This document shows, piece after piece, positions 1 to 10,500 of a stretch of DNA of 64,000 nt. The notes beneath the pieces were generated by a model. The model worked only from the letters and a program-made list of their open reading frames with translations. It was not told where the DNA came from and made no database searches. The stretch lies in the NCBI RefSeq assembly GCF_964204645.1, contig NC_134031.1:16231807-16295806 (forward strand), written 5' to 3'. Origin of the DNA: Tubulanus polymorphus (taxonomy: Eukaryota; Animalia; Nemertea). The position numbers and the translations under genes are program-made. Numbering within the stretch: position 1 is the first letter of the stretch; every line of letters starts with the position of its first letter.

Positions 1-841
1 TGTTGATTTCTTAATTTTTTCAATTTCGTCGTTTCGCTTCGTGAGTTTGTGCTGTTGTCCTGGCCTCAGTCCACAGGTGCCAGCACCTCCAGTAATTTTC
101 AAAATGGCAGCTGTTGACTGGACGGAAATTTACTCTCACTTTATGGCCGATTTGCACATGGATTAAGATCGTCAGGTGAGGTGTTATAGGTATCAGACAA
201 ACTACGAATCTGTTGTGCGTCGATTACAGCAAAAATTAGACGGATATCTTAAGAGACAATGAAATGCCAGGCAAATTACTCGTCAGTCAAATTGGCTGAC
301 GAAGATTTCATACAAAAATGACCTTCCCATTCCTGACTGTGGTTTGTGAAAATATCCGATCGTGAAACTAAACCACAGACAGGTTACTGACTAGGTTGGG
401 TTTGGGTTAGGTACATAACCAAAAGTGACACCTAAGTGGCCCTACAACTTTGGGAACAACAACGGCAATGGAAGGCATAACATCAGGCACCAACAAGGTG
501 AATTCATAGGTCGACAGTCCAATTTAAATTGCAACCAGACATTTACCAAGAACCTTAGTGTCTGGTGTACCACAGTTGGTTACACTAGGATTGTAGAGCA
601 ACTGAGATCACTGCGCAACCACTGGCTGAATCCGGACAGTCTGAGTCTGGTCATTAACTAAACCATTAAACGTTAAAAACCATCTCAATAAGTAGCCAGC
701 AGTTCTGTAGTCGGTCTGAATACCAGACGTTGGTACAGTCACCTACTGTTAGAGGAACAACTGCTCGAGCCTAACAGTTCTAGCTGTAGTAACAAGTAAA
801 CGATTTAAAGACAGACTACATCAGATATACTTGACACTTAC

Positions 842-916
842 TCCTTCATCTTCTTGCATCGATGCAGCTAACGGTAAACCGTCAGCCAGCCGTGCAATCA
901 TCGTCATCAACACCAT
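842..916 (-). CDS. SEC22B: Vesicle-trafficking R-SNARE SEC22b, first coding exon (rest of gene lies left of the window)
   Basis: Minus strand from ATG at 916 reads [25 protein letters not shown] then a GTAAGT donor. This is almost identical to the SEC22b longin N-terminus ([24 protein letters not shown]). Too short for the ORF track. Confidence 0.93.
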
Positions 917-2060
917 CTTTCCTTTCTATCCGTTTTTCAAGCAGAAATTCAACACAATCGAGTCTAAATTCTCGTTTACATACAGAAAATTCGTCGTAAT
1001 CGAAGGTGACGTGTTACCAGTAGTACTATTAAGCGCACGAAACCGATGGGTTTATAAATTGAATTGAATTTATCTTATCCGGCTTATATTAATTTTTATA
1101 GGGAAACATAGGCGCTATTGCACTTTCGTTCATTCTCCCAAAAATGTTTATTTCTGCATATTATCCAGCTAGGAAGCCGATATTATTGTGGAAACCAAAT
1201 ATGGTGATGAATGTTCCAGTAGCATTAAATTCAGCAACATACTTTTTGTCCAAAAGCAAAATTCTAAAATGAGGCGTCATCAAACGTTTTCACTGATTTG
1301 AAGTTACAACTAGAGTAAACTAGGATCAGATGGACATAAACTACCATGGACATTGTCATCGGTCCCTATTCGAAAAGTGGCCACTGCTGGATCTCCTTGC
1401 CCAAGGGATCGGGCGACCTGGTCAATTCTACAACACAAGTTGGGTGATTGATTATTTTTGAAAATCAGCTCTGCGATTATGCATTGCATCTAATTTTGTA
1501 TTGAGCTTCAGAATAAGTTGAAAATAACGATTGCAGATTTTAAGATTTTTCTGAATATCTTGAATGAACTCTTTTACTTTTACATGGGATTCAGAATATA
1601 ACACGCGAAAATTGTATCGTCGGCACGTTTACCGTCATTACCCAAACCCCGGAACGAATGCAAAGCCGGAGTGAGTTAATAACGACAATTTATATGTGCG
1701 ACAAAGATAATGATACCGTATATACCGAAGGTTTCGAAAGTTTTGATAACGGCCTTTGAAATTGTTCAGGCATAATCAATAGCTGTAGTGTGTAGTTTAC
1801 ATCTCTATTTCGTCAGATTGGTCAGAGATCAGTCATCTCATCTCACTCTTACACAACACACATTCTAAATCGTCGTTATTGTTTCGTAATTTAAACCATT
1901 AAAGAAACGAGATATTTGATTCATGACAAGATAAGGTTTCAAAGGTTGTTTTGGCATTTAATCTCTCTCTACACGATCATACCCGGATTGTCGGTATCAC
2001 GACTGTAAGTAGGAAAGATTCAATCTCGTGTGTTCTCCGAAATCAGTTAGCTTTGCGACG

Positions 2061-3305
2061 ATGTTAAATGCTACGGTTATAAGGGCATGGTTTAAATCTG
2101 CGCTGAAATATAAATGGTTTACAGACACTGTATATCCCTACGTTCAATTGTCTCGTTTTTATCTGGTAAATTTCGTCGAGCCCGTCGTTTATCACCTGGC
2201 TTTTATTTTCAACATTTTCACGATAATCGTTTTACTAAAATGTCGAAGAAAACAGTCCGTACGCTGTACTTTCAGTTATCTTTTCACGTTGGCCATTTGC
2301 GACTTTATCTACGTCTGTACCCGACTGAAGAAGATGCCACTTCTCATCATCAGCGCGCTTTCATTCATCTTCAAAAGATCACATATCTCCGATTGTAAAG
2401 TGTTGGATATCACGTTGTCCGATTTAAATCACGACTTCGATATTAGGTATCATCTGCCTGATTATCCAAATTGCCCAAAAAGTGCACAGTATTACTTCAA
2501 ATTATATTTCTTCATTGAGGCAAAGTACCCGCTATGCGTAGTTTATCAATGGCTAAGGCCGTTAACCCCGGTTACTAACTGGATTATTGTTCTCATCGCC
2601 GGTGAGAGATTTCTGTCGATTAAAGCACCTTTTACCCATAGAAATATTTTCACCGTTCGTAACGTCAGTCGCACGACCCTCAGCTGCGCGTTAGTAACGT
2701 TTTGCTACGCACAAAGCGCTTTCGAACTATTCATACGTAATTACCCGCGCAAAGGAAAAACAACGGTCTGGTTTAACGGAAAAAATCGAACTTTAATCAA
2801 CGAAAACGTCGTTTTCTGGGTATGCACGACGGTTCCAGGGGTCAGTCTCACCAGAAATCAAAGTCGTCTGCTATATGCGATTAATTACATCATCGGCGAA
2901 TTTGTTCCGTCGCTTCTCATCATGATCATAACGCCATTGACCGCTCTATCGTGGTCGAAAAAATCGGACATATCCTCGACACGCGCTCGAACGAACAGAC
3001 ACGCTAACAAAACGTTACTTTACGTAACGTTTGAATTCTTGATTCTCGTGGCCCCGTATTCAGTTTGTATATCACTAAACTCAATCGGCTCGTACTTAAT
3101 ACCGAAAAGACCGCTCGTGTACCTGCTTCCGCCGGAAGTACCTTTCTACTTGTCAAACCTATCGACTATCGTCGGTAGGGCGTTCGAATTTTTCCGAAGA
3201 ATGATTTATTGCATTAATTTTTTCATCTATCTTCACACGATGCCGGTATTCAGAAAAACATTTATAGAGCTCTTCGTTTTCAAGCGTCGACGAATTTGTA
3301 AATAG
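2061..3305 (+). CDS. Intronless rhodopsin-class 7TM GPCR, peptide/chemosensory-like (GPCR-A copy 1, 414 aa from first in-frame ATG)
   Basis: Seven hydrophobic segments; TM2 LAICD, TM3 GERF (DRY equivalent), TM7 INFFIY, helix 8 FRKTF. The ORF track uses a GTG start at 2028; the first in-frame ATG is 2061. Confidence 0.88.
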   Translation: MLNATVIRAWFKSALKYKWFTDTVYPYVQLSRFYLVNFVEPVVYHLAFIFNIFTIIVLLKCRRKQSVRCTFSYLFTLAICDFIYVCTRLKKMPLLIISALSFIFKRSHISDCKVLDITLSDLNHDFDIRYHLPDYPNCPKSAQYYFKLYFFIEAKYPLCVVYQWLRPLTPVTNWIIVLIAGERFLSIKAPFTHRNIFTVRNVSRTTLSCALVTFCYAQSAFELFIRNYPRKGKTTVWFNGKNRTLINENVVFWVCTTVPGVSLTRNQSRLLYAINYIIGEFVPSLLIMIITPLTALSWSKKSDISSTRARTNRHANKTLLYVTFEFLILVAPYSVCISLNSIGSYLIPKRPLVYLLPPEVPFYLSNLSTIVGRAFEFFRRMIYCINFFIYLHTMPVFRKTFIELFVFKRRRICK

Positions 3306-3772
3306 TGTTTATATGCTGTTGTTGTTTGCTATGTGAATTTTGATAGCGTCTGACGATTAAAATGGAATCGAGCAGTTATGAATTTACACGATACAAAAAA
3401 TGGACGAATTTTAATTTGATCAACAAAACCTTTTCCTATTTCCGTGTGCGGCGTACCATTTCATTCATTTCATTTTTATTGTTCCACAAAAACATGTTTT
3501 ACACAGAACATTCATACATTTAATTTCAACAGTAGATGGCATTGTACCTGAACTAGATAGAAATAACGTAGAAACAAGCGGCAATCTACAAAGTGTTTTC
3601 AATCAATCCAGATTCGTCAAATCCGGATTAGAATGAATTTGTGTCGACACTAGATGATACAACTACTAACTAGAATAGCATATACGAACTCATGTAGGGT
3701 GGGGTTTGGTCGGTCAAGGTTGGTTACCCTTCCTCTTATTGTCATTTTCTAGCATCGCTATTTACGGTTCAT

Positions 3773-4738
3773 TCATTCCCTATACCCTGGCTTGAACCTG
3801 GGCCTGGTTCTAAAGCCTTTACGAAGATGACTTCGAAATGAATTCGAAGATATGAAATAAACGAAGAAATTAACCGCAGAATTCATGCTTATCGGGGCAC
3901 CAGAAATCCAGTATAACATTCCATCGGGCGCGATCCTTCTAATGTACTCAAAATCCGTTTGATTTACTATCAGAAATATAATTCTAGGGATCATAAGGAG
4001 AAGCATCAACGCCGATATTATAATAGTTATTCGGGTCAGTGAATTTTCCGCTGCAGTCTTTACATTCGCGGATGATGTCATCGTTTCGCGTTGTTTGGAA
4101 GTTTTACCCAGGCCATGAATGATGGCTGTATTTGCTACGATGATTAAGGTTATTGGTAACATGAATTCAATAATCAATTGTGAAGTAGCAATGTAAACAT
4201 TGATTCTTCGGCCGTTTATCGATGTCAACGTGCAATCTAAACGTCCGTCCACACGTTTGACAAACATGACCATTGCGAAACATCGAATGAACTGTAAAGA
4301 GCCGACCAATGAGGATACAAGAAATGCTTTTCTCGGGTTACACAGTTGTGCTGCTTTCAAAGGGAATTGAATGACCAACGCTCGGTCGATGCTTAACAAG
4401 GACAGCACGATATTCGAAGAGGATGAACCAAGATACAACGAAAACATAAAGAACTTGCAGAAAACATCGCTTATCACGTGTTCAGGCAGAACGACACGAA
4501 CGAATAATACCGGCAAGTAAACTGAAACGACGAATAGGTCCATCAGCTCCAATACAATCATATATACACCGGTAGAAGTGCGTCTGAAATCCCGGTGCGC
4601 CGCCAAAACCCACAGCGCCAGTAAGTTACCGATAGTACCGACCAATGACGTGCACGGAATCATCACATAGATAACGACAAATTGTATCACTGCTACCCAT
4701 CCAATTGGACCCATCCTCGCTTCAAGCGTCGTATTCAT
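3773..4738 (-). CDS. Intronless rhodopsin-class GPCR, peptide-receptor-like (GPCR-B, 321 aa)
   Basis: TM1 GTIGN, TM2 LELMD, TM3 C...LSIDRA, ICL2 FPLKA, TM5 P, TM7 NSAVNFFVY, helix 8 FR; N-glycosylation site in MNTT; AATAAA on the minus strand at 3475-3480. Confidence 0.9.
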   Translation of the reverse strand: MNTTLEARMGPIGWVAVIQFVVIYVMIPCTSLVGTIGNLLALWVLAAHRDFRRTSTGVYMIVLELMDLFVVSVYLPVLFVRVVLPEHVISDVFCKFFMFSLYLGSSSSNIVLSLLSIDRALVIQFPLKAAQLCNPRKAFLVSSLVGSLQFIRCFAMVMFVKRVDGRLDCTLTSINGRRINVYIATSQLIIEFMLPITLIIVANTAIIHGLGKTSKQRETMTSSANVKTAAENSLTRITIIISALMLLLMIPRIIFLIVNQTDFEYIRRIAPDGMLYWISGAPISMNSAVNFFVYFISSNSFRSHLRKGFRTRPRFKPGYRE

Positions 4739-4846
4739 TGTTTGAAAGGATTTCTTTGTGTTTTGTACATAATAGATCTTATTTCGGAGCTTTATATGAC
4801 TTGATTAAATCTGTTTTCTATTTGCTCACGTATATGATTCGATATT

Positions 4847-5290
4847 TGAAAAACCATCCCCATTGTTAGATATGAGCCATTTTCACGTAATCATTTTCGT
4901 AAATTCATTTTATAAACATCAATATTTAAATAAATTTGCGCAAATCCGTGTATTCAAATCGTTACCTAAATCATCCGTATACATGTATATAGCTAAGCAT
5001 GGATTTTCTTGCGCTGGTTTTTTATTTTCATTGAATGCCACATCATTTCTTCGTTATAATCGAGTTCGTTGTTCCCCACCGAACTCATCCCACGTACTGA
5101 TTTCCCGTCCCTGTTCTGAGAATGGCTGCTTCTGCATCTATGAATTATACTACCTTGCCGACCGAAAATCGTTGATAAGTTCGAAGGTCTAGTCCATCCA
5201 TGGACTCTAAAACGAGTCCACGGTCCAACCCAGACGACAGTTCCGATTTGTGTGCGTTTCCTTTGGAAAAACAAGCGTTATAACAAACTA
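4847..5290 (-). pseudogene. Fragmented remnant of a duplicated ionotropic-receptor gene
   Basis: 4847-5150 matches 7358-7677 (IR last exon IIHRCRS..SQNRDGKSVR plus 3' flank). ~5170-5280 matches the IR exon at 10166-10266 (FFQRKR.Q.GTVVW). The intervening exons are missing. Confidence 0.8.
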
Positions 5291-5963
5291 TGACATGAAG
5301 CAGAATTGCAACAACTAAACAATAGATCGGACCTTTCTCCGACCTCCTCAACTCCATATTCAACTTGGGGTGTGATTAAGTTTTCGTTAAAAAAAGCAGA
5401 TTGATTAACCTCTTCTAATTTTATGATAAGCATCGGAATGAGATGAAAACAACGATCGTGTGAGATATTTCTGAACATATACTTGAATCTTTTATTTTAT
5501 TTATCGGTCAGATCATAACTCCACGAAACAATGTATGATCTTCGGGTTAAAATACCGTCATTACCCAAACCCAAGAACGACTGCAAAGCCGGAGTGAGTT
5601 GATAGCGACAATTTATATGTGCGACAGAGATAATGATACCGTATAATATATCGTTATATGTTTCTCAACTTTTGATAGTGGCCATTGAAAATGTTCAGTG
5701 CGTAATCGATAGAGTATAACATCTCTATTTCGTCAGATTGGTCAGAAGATATTGCATCATCGCGCTCTTACGCAATACACTTTCAAAATCATTATTGTTT
5801 CATGAAACATAAGAAACGAGATATTTAATTCATGACAAGATAAGGTTTCAAAGATTTTTTGGCATTTAATCTCTCTCACACGATCTATACCCGGATTGTC
5901 GGTACCACGAAGAGGAACGATTCATATCTCGTGTGTTCTCCGAAATCAGTTAGCTTTGCGACG

Positions 5964-7205
5964 ATGTTAAATGCTACGGTCTTAAGCGCATGGTTTAAAT
6001 CTGCGCTGAAATATAAACGGTTAACAGATAGCGTTTATCCGTACGTTCGACTGGCTCGTTTTTATCTAGTATATTTCGTCGAGCCCGTCGTTTATCACCT
6101 GGCTTTTATTTTCAACATTTTCACGATAATCGTTTTGCTAAAATGTCGAAGAAAACAGTCCGTACGCTGTACTTTCAGTTATCTTTTCACGTTGGCCATT
6201 TGCGACTTTATCTACGTCTGTACCCGACTGAAGAAGATGCCACTTATCATCAGCGCGCTTTCATTCATCTTCAAAAAATCATATTTCTCCGAATGTAGAG
6301 TATTGGGAATAAGGTTGTCTGATGAAAATCGTGACTTTGACGTTGGGCATTACCTGCCTGATTATCCGAGTTGCCCAAAAAGTGCACAGTATTACTTCAA
6401 ATTATATTTCTTCATTGAGGCAAAGTACCCGCTATGCGTAGTTTATCAATGGCTAAGGCCGTTAACCCCGGTTACTAACTGGATTATTGTTCTCATCGCC
6501 GGTGAGAGATTTCTGTCGATTAAAGCACCTTTTACCCATAGAAATATTTTCATCGTTCGTAACGTCAGTCGCACGGCCCTCAGCTGCGCGTTAGTAACGT
6601 TTTGCTACGCACAAAGCGCCTTCGATCTGTTCATTCGTACTTATCCGCGAAAAGGAAAAACAACGGCCTGGTTTTACGGAAAGAATCGAACTTTGACCAA
6701 CGAAAACGTCGTTTTTTGGGTATGCACGACGGTACCAGGGGTCAGTCTCACTAGAAATCAAAGTCGTCTGCTATATGCGATTAATTACATCATCGGCGAA
6801 TTTGTTCCGTCGCTTCTAATCATGATCATAACGCCATTGACCGCTCTATTGTGGTCGAAAAAATCCGACATATCCTCGACACGCGCTCGAACGAACAGAC
6901 ACGCTAACAAAACGTTACTTTACGTAACGTTCGAATTCTTGATTCTCGTGGCCCCGTATTCAGTTTGTATATCACTAAACTCAATCGGCTCGTACTTAAA
7001 ATCGAAAGGACTGCTCCTTTACCTACTTCCGCCGGAAGTACCTTTCTACTTGTTAAACCTATCGTCTATCGTCGGTAGGGCGTTCGAATTTTTCCGAAGA
7101 ATGATTTATTGCATTAATTTTTTCATCTATCTTCACACGATGCCGGTATTCAGAAAAACATTTATAGAGCTCTTCGTTTTCAAGCGTCGACGAATTTGTA
7201 AATAG
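5964..7205 (+). CDS. Intronless rhodopsin-class 7TM GPCR (GPCR-A copy 2, 413 aa from first in-frame ATG)
   Basis: Paralog of 2061-3305 at a ~3900 bp offset with the same motifs. About 37 substitutions plus a 1-aa indel by manual comparison. Confidence 0.88.
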   Translation: MLNATVLSAWFKSALKYKRLTDSVYPYVRLARFYLVYFVEPVVYHLAFIFNIFTIIVLLKCRRKQSVRCTFSYLFTLAICDFIYVCTRLKKMPLIISALSFIFKKSYFSECRVLGIRLSDENRDFDVGHYLPDYPSCPKSAQYYFKLYFFIEAKYPLCVVYQWLRPLTPVTNWIIVLIAGERFLSIKAPFTHRNIFIVRNVSRTALSCALVTFCYAQSAFDLFIRTYPRKGKTTAWFYGKNRTLTNENVVFWVCTTVPGVSLTRNQSRLLYAINYIIGEFVPSLLIMIITPLTALLWSKKSDISSTRARTNRHANKTLLYVTFEFLILVAPYSVCISLNSIGSYLKSKGLLLYLLPPEVPFYLLNLSSIVGRAFEFFRRMIYCINFFIYLHTMPVFRKTFIELFVFKRRRICK

Positions 7206-7572
7206 TGTTTATATGCCGTTGTTGTTTGCTATGTGAATTTTGATAGCGTCTGACGACTAAAATGGAATCGAGCAGTTATGAATTTACACGATGCAAAAAA
7301 TGGACGAATTTTAATTTGAGCAACAAAATATTTTCCTATATTTCCGTGTGTCAATCATGAAAAACCATCCCCGCATGTTGGATAAAAGCCAATACTCTCT
7401 TAATGATTTTCGTCAATTCTTTATATAAACATAATATGCATATTTGAATAAATTTGTGCAAATCCGTGTATTCAAATCGTTATCTAAATCATCCGTATAC
7501 ATGTATATAGCTATAGCATGGATTTTCGTGTGTTGGTTTTTTATTCTCATTGTATGCCACATCATTTCTTCG

Positions 7573-10500
7573 TTATAATCGAGTTCGTTGTTCACCGCCG
7601 AACTCAGACATTCCAACACGTACTGATTTCCCGTCCCTGTTCTGAGAACGGTGGCTTCTGCATCTATGAATTATACACTCTAGTAAGAGCGCCACTAAAG
7701 CGAGAATCACTCCGCAGCCCAGCACGCTGATTGCCCCGAGTGCGTGTTCCAAACTGACACTCACCGCTCGAGTTTTATGTTTCAAACGTTCTTTATCGCA
7801 CATCACCGCTCGCGGTGTCCATTTCGTTCTCCAGTTTTTCAAAAGACCCGATTCGCGCATTTTTTCAATCCTTCAAAAAATCAGAACAAAAATCACAGTT
7901 TGAAATAGAATAGTATTTTCACGCTAAAAATGAATTACCATCAAACAGTGTTGACGCTAATGTTCACAAACTAGTCGCCATATCACAAGTAAAATACGGG
8001 GTATTTGAGGTGCAGTGACCTGTACAGCCTCTAATAGGCTCTCACTTTTTCCTTCATTTAACTTTACTTTAATTTTTCTTTGCGATCAAACATTGTAAAT
8101 GTAAGTTAAATGAAAAATGAATTATTATCATTATTGTTATCATAAGAAGTTCGAAAGCAAATTACCTCGCCGAAAATCGTCGTAACAGATTCGAACCTTT
8201 CGGAAATGCAAGGGCGTAATGGGTGTGGAAATAATGGTCACCTAGTATGATTAAACTGCAGTCGTTTGTGGATACTTCGTCGTACCAGGATTCCTCAGTA
8301 AGGAAGGCGTATTTTTCTGTAAATATCGCATGAAATTTTAAACAGCAATGGGAAAATGGTTACTCCCTGCACGGTAATACTGTGAACGTCGACTGTCAAC
8401 TTTATTTCAAATATATAATTTATTCATCATCGGTATATTGCGTGAGACTTTATCTAAGATGGACTTGAGACACCTTTATCGAGCCAATTAATTGTTTGTC
8501 TCAAGAAAACTAACGGTAAAAAAGTATTTTGAAACAGTCGACCCCCGATATACCGCCCTCCCATACCGCCTATCGCCAGGTTTTCTCAACGCACATCTCA
8601 ATACAAATAGATAAAACGCCCCCGATATACCGGCATACTCTCTATAAAGCCAAAATCGTTCTGCGCCAATCGTTCTACATTATATCGGGGGTTGACTGTA
8701 GTTATACGGACTTATATCTCCTAATGAATAACAGCAAGAACAGAGTAATTTTGGTAACTTTATATCCATAGTTCATTTACCGTGTTTGATTTTGTGTAAA
8801 GCTTCAGAATAAGATGAGAACGACGATTGCGGATTGCGTTCGAGTCCTAGCCAGACTTTTCTGAACACTCCGTATTTAGAATTCTGCAGAGGAAAATCTA
8901 CGATTGTGAATCAGCATAAAACAACCCGTAGAAGTACGTATTGTTTGCATATATTTGTGAGTTTATATCCGATGCAATAAAAAAAAAACAATCTACATGT
9001 TATGGAATCGATCGCGTAAAACAACTTTACCTCGAATAATGTTTCTAAAGCCGTATCGGAAATGACGCCCCATAAATTGTTGCTGTCCTCGACCATCTCC
9101 GACATAGTTTCAAATTTTAGATGCACCGTGGACACGGCCAGGTATGAGATCAGGTGAGCATTGTACGTGGATATCAATATCAAACAGAACATATACCAGA
9201 AACTCAAGAATGCCCGGCCCGACGGCGCTAAAGGTGCGTAAAATGCACCTGCCAAAGGAAGATACGATGAAATTACTTGCACGCCGAAAAAGATGTTTCT
9301 TACTTTTCGATTCATATAGATATGGTGGCTGATTCGGGCGTATAAAAGAATCGCGAACGTTGCAAATTTATTTTACAGACGCCTAAAAGTCATTTTTAAA
9401 AGTCATTTTAAAACGAAAATATCCCGTTTTATCGCGGTAATTTCTCGTTTCATAAAATGACTTTTATGCGTCTGTAAATAAAAAATTGCAACGTTTGTTA
9501 TCTTTTTTTACATGACCCGAATCAGCCACCATATATAGAGGATCATACCTTGATTGAGATAAATTCCGAAACTTTGGACGAAACTGTTCCCGAAATTGTC
9601 AAGGGCGACATTCGTTTCATGACGATCGTCGCGAAATCGGGCGTAAAACGGCGAAATCTTCACTAAACCCCACTGAATGAGAGCCGCCATCAACACAGCT
9701 ACTAGAATACATAACCAAACACTTGATTGGAACGGATCTATGAAATACAGCGATTCTTTGTAATTATTATCCCTCGGACTTGACAGAACGATCACTGATT
9801 TCTCTTCGTAATAATCGCCGGCAAAATCTACGACTCGACTCCGTTCGGCTGTCACTGACAGGCTACACGCCGACAGATCAACTTCCTGTTATCAGAAAAA
9901 AAAAGAAATACTGAATAGGATTTTATCTAGTACGAAGTGTGGTGATTTAGAAAGAAATTGGTTAAATCTAGGATATAGTGAACCCGTACATTCTGCGCCA
10001 CCATACCCACTAAACCTGACCAGTTTCCGTCCGAGTTCGGTGCACCAAATTTCTTATCACGTGGTTCTACAACTTCGTAGCTACAACAAACGAATATCAA
10101 ATGTAATTTTGTTCAGATTGTTAACAAATTCGAACATTACAAAATGGCTTGACTATCAGCATACGTAAAGTTCAATAGTCTCGCGAGCTCGTTGATGATT
10201 TCAAAAGTTAGTCCATCCCAAACGACAGTTCCGTTTTGTATGCGTTTCCTTTGGAAAAACGAGTACTAAAAACAAATTTCGACAAAAATTGTAGAAGAAT
10301 TCAAGGCAATCGCTATAAAACTGCTCAACGTCTTGGATTCTAAATGACTTTCTGACCTCTAAAGATCCGATACGGAATTTCTTGCCGTGAAACCCGTTGT
10401 CGATGTTTGGATATGTGTCTTGGAAAAACGTCAGTGAACGATCGCGCGTCCAGTTGGCCACGCTGCTCCATTGGTTTTCGTGACCACTGTAACTAATGAC

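Noticed and set aside
1-830. ORF 425-661 and GGTTGGGTTTGGGTTAGG telomere-like motif
   Set aside because: Lies in the SEC22B first intron; the ORF has no recognisable homology and the motif is too short for an interstitial telomere. Likely a degraded repeat I cannot classify.
1923-2060. N-terminal extensions of the GPCR-A ORFs from GTG/TTG starts (2028, 5859)
   Set aside because: Non-ATG starts come from the prokaryote-style ORF caller, and the upstream region has frame-breaking indels between the two copies.
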